In this document: positions 28,903 to 40,589 of the stretch, in pieces
How the letters are laid out: the number at the start of each line of letters is the position of its first letter
Position numbering within the stretch: the first letter of the stretch is position 1
NCBI GenBank assembly: GCA_045837725.1
Contig: JBEWZL010000084.1
Location: 62,001-126,000 of the forward strand
Direction: 5' to 3'
Origin: Vermamoeba vermiformis
Lineage: Eukaryota
Length of the DNA stretch: 64,000 nt
The notes under the pieces: model-generated
Databases searched by the model: none
Seen by the model: the letters and a program-made list of their open reading frames with translations, nothing else
Told to the model about the DNA's origin: nothing
Position numbers and translations under genes: made by a program

Positions 28903-28972
28903 ATCCGTAAAGTGGTTGTAAATCGATGGCGAGAGTTTGTATGGGGAGAATTAAATTTCATTTTATCGAATC
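28903..28972 (+). repeat. Degenerate direct copy of the kinase gene 3' end (26015-26082)
   Basis: ttgtaaatcgatggcgagagtt(t)gtatggg...attaaatttcat is present at both sites. Confidence 0.8.
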
Positions 28973-28982
28973 GAATTTAGTT

Positions 28983-31623
28983 CTACCAACTGAAATTAGG
29001 CAATTCTTTCTCGAGTACTTCCAACGCCTCTTTGACTCGTTCAATGATCAGCGATTCTTGTTTGATGATGTATTCGAGTTCGATCAAACCCAGTTCCAAG
29101 ATCATGCCAGTCAGTTTGCCAGCGAGCATTGGTTCTTTGCTGACACTTTTCAAGTACTTCTCGGCAGTGTAGTATATCACTGTGCCACATTTTTCCAATC
29201 GTTCACCATCGCTCAGCTTTTCCTCGGAGTTTGGCTCGTCTTCAACGACTTCATTTTTCTCACATTTGACTAGTTTGACAACCGTTCCATTGCTGTAGCC
29301 AGCAAACAGCGCACCACCGCTACGAGCCCATTCAATTGTGGTACACTTGGCTGTAGAATCAATGGGCAGTGACGAATGAGCGAACTGATACTTGCCACCA
29401 ACAGGGCACTAAAAAAAAGTTATGATTAATTACACTAAGATCAATATGTCAAAAATTTGTTGCGTACCAAAATGATGATATCAGTCTCGGTGGCAATAGC
29501 AATTAGAGGTTGTTTTGGATGCACGGACAGAGCAATGACAGGTGCACCGCAATCAAATTTTTCCGTGTGTTCGATTGACACGCTGCTTGAAAGTGTCACA
29601 AGACCGTCGCTGTCACCAAGCACAATCAGATCTGTTTCTCGGAAATAAGCACTTGCAGTAATAGTACCTGAAGGAATACATTAGATCACGTAAATTTAAG
29701 GTCCATAACTTACGCGATGTCTTCTGAACGTGTGCAATATCTACTACGGCTTCAAAATTTTCAAAGTTCCAAGTGAAAATGCCGTGCGGAACAACGCCAA
29801 CAGCGCACAGTTTATCGGCCTTAATGAATATTCTCATCACAGGCCCCTTGACAGTGTCTTCATCATCGGCAGCTTTGAGACTGACCGTGTATTTGTCTAT
29901 ACCGAGCGTGTTCAACAGTTTCATACTCGGCACAGTTGTGCCAACCAATACCATGCGTTGATTGTCCGTTAGCGCTACGCAAGTCAATGTGGCTGATACA
30001 GGCTCGCCATAATTGGAGAACTCCTCTATTGTACAATATTAGATTAATCCGGTCATGAACGAACAGGTGTCTTACCGTCGTCCACGTTGTAAGTAGCCAA
30101 TTGACCAAATTCATCACAAATCAAAACATAATCGTTGCTATTTGTTACCATCATGTGCATAACTTTAGCTTTGCAAATCGCCAAATCTTCTCTACCTGCG
30201 AACTTGTTAATAAACAATTGCAAGTATCGGAATATCGGATGTTATACCTTGGATCCAGATAGTTTTACCGACGGACGCGACGAAGATTGACTTGTCCGAG
30301 AAGGAGACTAAATTACTGATGGGTTTTTTATGCTCGCATTGGTAATGAGCAGCGTATTTGACGTATGGTTCTGAATTGTCTACTTCGCGATTGACGAATA
30401 TGTTATTGACGTACTGCAAATTGGGCATATCTCTTTGGAGTTTATCAATGACACCCGAAGTATTCTGATTGGCTGTTAGCAACTATATTATATACACATT
30501 GGTGTCACTTACTTTGGTAGATATAACTAAGTATCTCAAATTTGAAAGGTGTCGAAAGGATTTCAAGGCCTCGTCAGAGACTTCAAATTCGAGATTGAGA
30601 AAAGTAAGGTGCGGCAATCTCGTCACGGAGATTACGGCAGCATCAGTGAGCTTTTTTGCGTCAGGGTCACGTGGCGGCTTAAGGGCAAAGCGTGTCAGGC
30701 TAGTGCATTGCGATACCAATGATTCGACACTTTCATCGGAGAACCGTGCTTCAATTTGTTGCAGTCCTGGTGGTAGAACTGACGGAGTTGTGGCTGCAAA
30801 GTAGCCTTGAGGAATGATCAATCTGGTCATCATCTTCAATCGAGACAGCGCTGAAAGTGACTCCGAGCAAGTCGTAGCTACCAATTTCAGTTCTTCAAGT
30901 TTGGTCAGAGTTGAGCAAACGGCGCGGACAAAATTGTCGTCGAGTGGTGCGTTGTAGCATTCCAAAGTTAGCGCCGAAAGGTTCGTCAGTTTGGTCACGT
31001 GGTACAAATCAGCCGCCTCAATGTTGTTATTCTCAAGATATTCTATCGTTAGTTCAATGAGTTGAGGCAAGTGTTTGGCAATGGCTGGAAGTGCTTGACG
31101 AGGAGTGATCAGTGAGCGCGAGACACGAATGCTTTTCAACGATGTCAAACACGACACTGCACGCACGAATGCTGATGACGACAGTGATGGTGAGCTGTGA
31201 ATGTCGAGTGATGCCAAGTGAGTGATTCTGAACAGTGGTGACAAGTCCCAAATGAATGCTTCTGCTCCGAGTTTCACATGTTTGAAATGCACTGGTGACA
31301 GCTTTGAAACGATCTTTGCAAACACTTCTCCGTTTATTCTTGAGTCATTGATGGTCATTTTCTTCAACGATGAGAGCAGTTCGTTATTCCATTGCGTGCA
31401 CACTTGTTGTGAACTGAAAAAAATAAGAATAAATATTCATTTAATTTTATTTACACTTCTAATAGCATGAATATGCATAATATATCGTTTAAAAATATTT
31501 TTGTAATATTTCAAGAATATTTGAAATTAATTATCACCTTGCCAAGACCCGAAGTGGAAGCAGGTCAAAGATCAGCCGTTGAACGTCTTTTGGTAACGAC
31601 AATATATGTGTATCGAGCTCCAT
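28983..31623 (-). CDS. F-box + LRR + RACK1-like WD40 propeller + MLLE/PABC domain protein
   Basis: F-box ILSLPKDVQRLIFDLL; LRR exon 30.5-31.4 kb; WD40 blades with KLLNTLGIDKYTV and CTTIEWARSGGALFAGYSNG; C-terminal LAGKLTGMILELG...RVKEALEVL (MLLE). Confidence 0.8.
30745..31615 (-). repeat. Inverted duplication, copy A (F-box exon, intron, LRR exon); partner at 44385-45265
   Basis: Near-identical translation (CTQWNNELLSS...KHLPQLIEL) and a similar intron sequence. Confidence 0.9.
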
Positions 31624-31781
31624 TATAATCACTTTATGTCCACAATCGAGTTTTGGTGGTTGCCTGGTTTAAAAAAATAAAAGACTGACAGATTCTGTAA
31701 CTAATTTATTCATTCTATTATTACTACACTTGTGTTTTTGGTATTATCTAGTTTACACACTCTAGCGAGCTCATTTTACGT

Positions 31782-34700
31782 TCAAACAATCTCTTCGGCC
31801 TCTTCTTCAAACGGGTTCTTCACCGGCAGAGGTAGTGGCATATCATTTAACGCTCTGAATTTGCCAATGTTGTTGAGCTGTTCATTCTCTACTCGGAAAA
31901 TGTTCCACAAGCATCGTCGGTAGATCTCGATGGCGGCCAATAGCGTTGAGAACAGATCAGGGTGGAGCAAAGAATTGATTGCTTCCGGCGAAATTGTCAA
32001 AGTCCACAGCACTCGCATGATGAAGTTTGAGATCAACGCAAAGTAGTACTGAAATAAATGTTAGTTGCGGGTGGAAGAACAAATAAGACGATGTTTCTTA
32101 CATAGTACGTCGGATAGAGCAACTTAGAACGAAGTCCCCAATGTTTCACGCCTTTAGTTTCTCCGAGAGACCAATCCATTTTGACGTCCCAGTAGTAGCT
32201 GTAGAATGTGCCCACAATCACAAAGATAATCCACAACGCTGTAAACGCTGGTTGGTCCTTGAATTTTCCTCGTAGGAAGGAGAACGCGAGCACGAAGAAA
32301 GCGACGGAGTACTTTCCAGCATTGGCGAGCTGTCTTCGTTGTCCCGTATCGATGTATCTTCTAATGGACTGCATGAATCGCCACTGCCCGCAATGGTTAA
32401 TACTCGCACAAGGAACACGGAGACTTACGAATGGTGGCAAGAACGCAAGCATTGGCAGGATGTATCTATAATTAGAGTCGCATGAAGGTGCTATTATCCA
32501 AAAAGTTAGACGAACTCCTCAATTGAAGAATAACTTGTGTGACTTACGAAAGTTCTCGGACCAAGCATCGTTAATGAGGTAACAAATGAAGTACTCGATA
32601 TCGTACAATACGATCACTATTGAAACAAGTTGATCGGCAATGAAAAAGTGCGGGAAGTGAATGAACGTGAACGGACTGCCAAAAATATATGCAACGATTT
32701 TGACGAGCCACATTTTGCCTGTCAACAATAGCGTTAGGACGTGCTAAATAAGTATTTGATAAACAAAAGCCTACTTTTCACTTGGTACCAAATTGACGCT
32801 ATTAAAAATAGGCCGAAGACGAACAATGGATGCGCGATCATCGGAATCTTCTTGATCCATTGCAAGTACGACACTTGAATGTCAATGACTGACAGCAAGA
32901 ATAGCATTAGACTTCCAATAACTAGAACGGTCATTACAGATGCCGCCTACAATAGAATATTATTAGTACCATTCTTTTAAGAAGCCGTAATACGATTTCT
33001 GACCTCGAAAATGTTCGTGTATCGGTGATGTCGTCTTGGATCGAACTCGAAAATAAACACGTAGTTGACCCGATATTTCGCCCATATATACATATCTACA
33101 CCCCAGCCCCACACTAATAAACATATCATAGCCATCATTCTGTAGCACATTAATATCGGCCGTATTCGTATTCCCAAGTCAGGTCCAATGTTGAATGCTA
33201 ACAAACGTCAGATCCGGTTAAAAATAATGCTGATACCAAGCTTACCGGTATATATTATGGCTAGTGCGAACGTTAACGAAATTCCCAATAGCAAGCCGAA
33301 CCTGAATGCTGACGGCTCTTTTGCGTCGTCTTTGTCAGCCACGCGCAACTTTTTCATCGCGGCTGTTCGATGACCGCTCGTGAAGCACATTGCAAACACG
33401 TGCTTAAATGGGCGTTAGCTAAGGTAATAATACAATCAATATGGCTTACCTCGGTCTCGCGCATGAGCGTTGTCAAGCCAGTATGTTTGTAAAACAAACA
33501 GCGTGACAAATTGTTGGCGATGTAAATCTCTTTGTCACCCAGTTCAATGTTCTTGTCGTGTTTGGTCAAAATCTTTTCAATGCCTTCAGAGTTCAATGTA
33601 GCGTAGTTCATCAGCAAACTGATTCCTCGATAAAACTCCGCAAATGCACGCTGTAACTTCAAAATGGCACTGTGTCGATCAATTTTTCGCATTTCTTCGA
33701 GTTCTTTGGCCACGACGAACGAACTGCGCGTCATGTCTGTCGACTCCAAGTCTTCTTTAGTCAAGTTTCGTAGCTTTAAAATGGTGTAACTTCTCGACAT
33801 TGACTCATGTTGGCGTTGCAGACTATCTGCCGGTGCCTTTTTTAGATCGTCTTCTGAGGATTCTGCTTTTCGCGGGCTTTTCGCGCTTTGTTTCATTGAC
33901 GACATTTTAGACGATAAATTGTCAGTTAAGTGGCTTGTGCCGCGGCTCATTGTACTCTTTTCGCTCTGGACTTTGCTGCTTGTCGTATTAACCTTCGTTG
34001 GCTTGCTTTGCTTAGCTCGTTGAATGGCTGAGGTAATTCGACGAGGTGACGCTGGACCAATGGGAGCTACACCAGCGGCATCTGATTCATCTAAAGATAC
34101 GTCCGAATCATCTTCATCGTCGCTGCTAATATCATCGTCGTGAATATAGCCACTGTCTTCGATTCCTATAGTATTTTATGCCTCGTTAAAATGATGGTTA
34201 AAATGAGGTTTGTGGATCATTACCATAACCGTCACGAGGTGAAAGATCCAGTGACATTCTTCGTTGAGAAGTAGTCGTTCTCACACGTTTAATGACGTCG
34301 TTAATACTGGTCTTCTTTGATAAGGGAAACAGAGGATTTTCTTGCAGGAGTGGGATCTTGGCCTCATCTTTGCGAGTGTGCGTTGAAAGACCAATATCAA
34401 GGCCTAAATGCAATCTGTCCAGTTCTCGCTCTACTCTTGTACTCAGACCTCGTGTAAACGGATCGTATTGGTCGATCAGTTGCTGAAACAAATTTATGTT
34501 AAGGAATTTTCAGTAGAATGCCTAGTTTACGTACCAACTGAATCGCTTGAAGCGTTAAAATATGGAATTGCTCGGTGAAGTGATCGATTTGCTTATTGTA
34601 CCAATTTTCAACTCGTAAAACGTTTTCATCCAGCATGGTCCAAAATTTTCTTTCGGCTTCCATCTTCTCGAGCTGAATTTCTTTGCCCGCATCATCGCCA

Positions 34701-35026
34701 GTAATAACTATTGCAAATGAAAATTACTTTAATGAAATAATGTAAATTTAAAGAGTAAGAGTTTTATAAAACCCTCAAACAGGATCCAAATCATTTCAAA
34801 ATTGATGTAAAAATATTATTAATTAATACATTAATTATGAAGATAAAAAGAACACCTAATCATGCATAAAAGAGTTATTACCTTTAATGTTAGCGTACGC
34901 TTGGGCGAGCTCCAATACGGCTGCTTTTACTTGCTTTATTTGTTTATAGAGACTTTTATAATCAATATAATGATCGCGCCATTCCGTAATGACGGCGTAG
35001 AAAAAGCGTTTGGCGAAGTTCACCAT
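31782..35026 (-). CDS. XPR1: SPX-EXS phosphate exporter (XPR1/SYG1/PHO1 family)
   Basis: SPX start MVNFAK...EWRDHYIDYK and LNSEGIEKILTKHDK; EXS motifs VNYVFIFEFD, FFIADQLVS, LANAGKY, WDVKMDWSL and EIYRRCLWNIFRVENEQLNNIG. Confidence 0.93.
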
Positions 35027-35768
35027 CTCGCGTTGATCGACCTCTCTCGCGCAATTTTCTCGCTTGGCAACGAAAAATAAGTACTTAAAGAGCTAGGTAT
35101 GTGATCTCCTTATTATTTTGTGAATAAAAACCGGAGAACTAGAATTTTTAAAAATTACCCGTGGAATGTTTTGTACACCACAGATCACCACCACCGAAAT
35201 GCCGTCCAAGTTTGTTGATTACACAAGATAAAGCAAATCATAATGTTTACAACCTGGCTTATTCAGCCTGGCTTGGAACTTTCTAGGTACGTGACCACTT
35301 TTGCGTATTGCGTATTTGAGCTCGTAATTGTAATTTTTCTACCAGTTCTTAATTTTATTCGGTAATAACTACACTATAATGCCATTATATATTAGAGTTT
35401 TTTTGAATTTAATTTTCGTATCTGGGATGCCACAACCTGCAACATTCCTGTACGTCACTGTTATGCAAAACAACCTATTAAAAGTCTGAAATTGATCGCA
35501 AATGTGTCTTAGGAAACATAACTGCTGAACTTTATAATGTACGACTGAGCTCGGCACAGGCTCTACTTGGGTTAATTTATAATACCTGGCAAAGAGTTTA
35601 ATTCTATTCCGCGCTACATGCACGATATTAATAGCAATCAAATGAATCAAGGGGTAAACAAGATCTGATCCCGCTTTCAAGACAGTTCTGACAGCTCCAA
35701 CGGACACACAAGATTCTGTTTTAATTTTAAACCATATTAATCAATCACATTGCATTTAGCGACCACAA

Positions 35769-38700
35769 ATGCGCGGTAGACTCAGCTCTGTCGCGTCAAG
35801 TTTGGCGTTGTTTGCCTTGCTGTTAACAATCGTCAGCGCTGCTGATCGTGTGGACTTTGGTCCTTATAATTTAGACTCAAATACGGCTAAATTTGTGTCT
35901 ATCAAGCAAACGGTATGTACTACAAATTGTCTCGATTAGTTTTATAATTAATTTCAAAACTCCAAACGAAATCCGATACTTTTGACACTCGTGACCATGG
36001 CAATGCCATCAATAATTCCTCGTGTTGGGTACTAACGCTTACTTATTTATATAGACGAATATTATAATTCAAACAAGTGACAGCTTGAACAAACCCCAAG
36101 TCGTGATTACGGTTTACGGTCATAACTTGCCCGACGGATTGTCTGATCAGTTCATCAACTTAAACAATGGAGAGTTTAACATTGATACGGTAAGCAAAGT
36201 TTTAACCCGGAAATCAACCTCATTTGATTTGATCTGTGTACATCCAAAGTTTCGCTGTATTACTGACTAAATATCTTTTTAGGTTGATCCTACTGCTATT
36301 AAAGGTGTAAGCAAGTCATCTGTGTTGGCAACGAGCCTCTCTTTGTTTGCTTTGGTCGGATTTGTAGCTGCTTTTAACATCCGAAACAAAGCAGTTTTCA
36401 TGGCCGCATTAGGTAAAGGAATTATAGACTTATTAGTGCATTATATGAAACGATTTATTCGTATTAATCTTCCGTTTAGCCCTGTTAGGTTGCTTTGCTT
36501 TGATCCAAGCGCAAGACGAACTTCGCATTGAAATCACTCTGACAGTGCCCAGCAACACTCCTATGGAGTCTTTCAGCGCCCAATTAGCTCAAGGAGGCGT
36601 CACTGGAAGCGCAGCAAAGTTCAGTTACTTAACTCTAGACATGTGCTCGACGGAGCTCTCGGGCAGTTCTCAAGCTCAGCTCACTTCACTCGGCATTCGT
36701 CGTGGATTGAATGTGTGCGCTAAGGGTGCTGTTCAAGTGCCTAATTTGAAGGTCTTGACCACCGCAGCTGACATTGCCTTGACATCCCAAAATGACGATG
36801 TCACCACAAACTTCGTGGTAAGTACTAAGTTATTAAACCGTCTTATTAACGAGTAGCCTAATAATACCGTTTACCTCCTCAGGACGCATTTGCTGGCACT
36901 TACGCAGTTAATTCTCAAACTCGCAAGATTGACGGAGACTGCGTGAAAGATAACACTAGTGTGTCGACTTCGTTCGAGTCAGGTGTTTGTCGTCACGGCA
37001 AATACAGCACTTTCAAGGCTTCAGGTAAAAATTGTTGACAAAAGTAGCTCAGCGACTCCGAATCTTATTTGACGAGTGACACCAGTCCGTGTGTCTTGGC
37101 CTTTTATGAAAATTGCGAAAGATTCTCGCGATCTTAAATTTCAGACTCGCAGTATTACAGTTACTAACTAATATTTTTACAGCCAACGCGGTTACAGTTG
37201 ATTTTGCTACCGGCTGCCCTGAGGATCCCGAAGCAGTTGATTTTGTGCCAACTTCCCCTGCTGTTTCAACCCTCGTCCCAGTGGCTCCTACTACTTGGGT
37301 CGTCACATCTGGCTCCCGCGCAGCAGCTATTGCGTACAACAACGATACTGATGGAAGTCTCATTGTCAACGCAACACTCTCAGCCAACTACCCGACCGAA
37401 TTCTGGCTCGCGCAGACCAACGCTTTGTTGTTCGTTCGTAACGACACTGGCTTCAAGTACCGATTCTCATTCGAGATGAGTTCTAGCGCGCCTGAGCTCG
37501 TCATTGCTGAGGTTCGCTTTGCAATGTTCGTGCAAAAGTTAACCAACATTCCTACGTGGGCTGGTTCGAACAATACCTTCGTCTACGATTACCAACCTGC
37601 CACTTCACCTGCCTTCTCTGATTGGAACAACACTTGGGTCAAGTTTGAAGGAGAAGTCTCTTCGCCGTACTTGGGACCCTCTATCCAAATCGGAGCTTAC
37701 ATCCGAACTGCAGCGTCTTTGGCTAAAACAGTCAACGTGCTTTTCCGCAATCTTCACATTGACACGATTGTGCCCGAGGGTCAGCCAAGTCAACTCGTGC
37801 AAGCAGGTTACAGCGAGCTCGTGAACGTTCGCAGACCTCCTTCGGACTTCGACCCCAACCCACGTGACGACTGTCCTCACCTTCAAGCAGGCCTGTTGTT
37901 GTGGCACAAGCCCGAGACTTGGGGCGGAGCAGTTCCTTCACCGAGCTCTGTCATCACGCTGCCTGAAAACTCGAAGGTTCTCATCACTTCATGCTCACTT
38001 GAAGACGCCGTCTATGAGAAGATTGTTGTTCCTTCTAGCAGTGAACTGATCTTCAGCGACGCACCAATCACTTTGAACGTAAAAGCCATCAAAGTTGATG
38101 GTCACTTGCGCCTTGGCTCGCCTACTTGCCGCTTGTTCTCTGACATTACGATCACTTTGTACGGCCAAAAGACCACTGACAACACTATTGGAGACTTAAT
38201 GGGAAGCAAGGGCATCGGCGTTGATGGGACCATTGATCTGCACGGCAAACAGTACCATCAAACTTGGACTCGTTTGGCGACTACTGCCTACCCTGGCGAC
38301 AATCACATTTGGATCCAAGAAGACGTCAACTGGCACGTGGGTCAACAAGTCGTTGTGGTTACTACCAGACTAAGAGACGAGGAGACTAAAGAGAACGAAG
38401 TTATGACCATCAAGGCGATCAATGGTCATCAGATCCAGTTCGAAGAAGTGTTCAAGTTCGTTCACTACGGAGGTCCTGAATATCAAGCTGAAGTTGGATT
38501 GCTCTCTCGTCGCATTGTCGTGCAAGGCGCTGATGACTCTGAAGCTGAGTCATTCGGTGGTCACATCATGGTGCGAGGTGAAGGTCGTTTCAGCGGTGTT
38601 CGTGGCTACAGATTGGGTCAAACAAATCAACTTGCACGCTACCCCTTCCACTTCCACTTGCTCCAATCATCGCCTCAGTCATTCATTCGTGACTGCACCA

Positions 38701-40488
38701 TTCACCGTTCGTTCTATCGCTGCGTGTCAATCCACGACACTCACGAAATTAACGTGCTGCGTAACGTCGCATTTGACGTGACTGGCCACTGCTACTACTT
38801 GGAGGAAGGAGTCGAAGAGAACAACACGATTGCCTTCAACTTGGCTGCTTATGTGCACGTGATTTATCAAGCTGCTATCACTGGTCAACCGATGGTCAAC
38901 GTTTACAACGAGACTGACTTCCTTCGATTGCCCGCTGACGTCGCTGCCTCTGGTTTTTACATCACCAATGGTTACAATCATATCTACGGTAATGCCGCTA
39001 GTGGAGGCTGGGCAGGCTTTGCTTTCCCTAACTTGCCCAAGCCCATCGGCTTCAATCAACAAGCGCCAGTTGTTCCGCAACACAGACCTGTCATCGAGTT
39101 TGACAGCAACACTGCGCACTCCTCGGGCTTTTCGAATACTGGCGAAGGCATTCCCTGCATCTACATGGGAGGCAAACTTTGGAATGACTACGACAACTAC
39201 GGTGGCTTGCTACGCTACGACACTGGCCGTCAAGAGCGCAATCCCCCAGCGTTCAACTCTTTCACCAACACGAAGACTTTCTCGTGTCAATTGGGTGTGA
39301 TGTTCTGGGGTAGCAAACTTGAAGTGACCAAGTACGAGTCGTATGATTGCGTCAAAGCTGGTCGTCTCTTCAACAGTTACTTGGACTCAGCTCTAGTCTC
39401 TGCTATCACTCCGAACACGAGATGGTTGCCCGCTCGCAGATCACAAGGCTTCGAGTTCTACGACACTGGTATCAAGGCCATTATTACAAACGTTGAGTAT
39501 AGGTAATAAGTTACTAGTTGTTTATTTCGAAAGCACAAGCGCTAAATCTCGCCTCAGAAATTTCTTGCCTTCAGCAACTGCAGGTCTGGATCCGAACTCC
39601 GACAACATTATTTTCACTGCTTTGACTCACAGTGACGTCTACAAGCCTCAAGGCATTTCAGCCGTGAAGAACATCAAGTACACGAATGTTCCTGTGAGCC
39701 AACGAGTTCGCAACTACTACAGAGATACAGGCTCATCGCGCTACTTCAACATTATTGACTGGGACGGCACGACTGCAGGCAGACCTAACCAAGCCATCAT
39801 TGGTTCTTATGTTGGCTGGTGGAACTTCGACAACACCTGCGTCTACAATGACAACTGGAAAGCTCATGTGTGCGATCGTGGCACTCGTGAAATTGCCAGC
39901 TTAGCAGTCAATGTGCCTGGCTTGATTGACTTTGACGGTCAATACAGCATGTACGGCACTGAAGCCACGGCAAATATGCCGGCTGGTACATCAACGCTGT
40001 TCTACTTGGCACAAGGAGTGTCACGCGTCAACAAGACGTGTCTCATCACAAGAAATCCTCAAATTACTGGTGTGACTCAAGTCGGCTGGCACATCTCGCT
40101 TGACCCTGGTGCTCCTCTTAAGATGCGCGTTGGCACGTTCCAAATCCCGTTCGGCCAATGGGTATTATTCGCTTCAAACTACCCTGCTGGCACAACTTTC
40201 AACGTCACTGTCAGCCGTCGCAACCTCAGCAACATGCAGATACTGAGCAAGGCCGCCAGTCTCGATGAAGTGATGGCAGGCAGTGGTGACAAGTACTACT
40301 TCAGTGCTCCTCACTTGTACATCAAGATGATTGATCGTGGTCGCACTGGTGCAACTACCGAGTTCTGGGAATACAACAACGTGCGATTGTACAACGTGTA
40401 CACGGACAACTTTTACAACATCGATGCTACGTGCACTGACAGCGGTACTGGGTTCTGCACCGTTGTAAGTGCTGTGCCTAGTGTTTAG
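35769..40488 (+). CDS. Secreted G8-domain / TMEM2-CEMIP-like beta-helix protein (ComF-like)
   Basis: Signal peptide; G8 domain (WHKPETWGG...IKVDGHLRLGS); TWTRLATTA, AEVGLLSRRI, FGGHIM, LARYPFHFH, GHCYYLEEGVE and AASGFYITN motifs. Confidence 0.88.
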
Positions 40489-40589
40489 AATGCGATTCAT
40501 ATGAATTATTAGTCTTCTTGCAATATTTTCTGCAAATTTTTTTTGCGGTTTGTTGTTCTATTGTAACGTTTGTAGTGACCAGGAGACCA

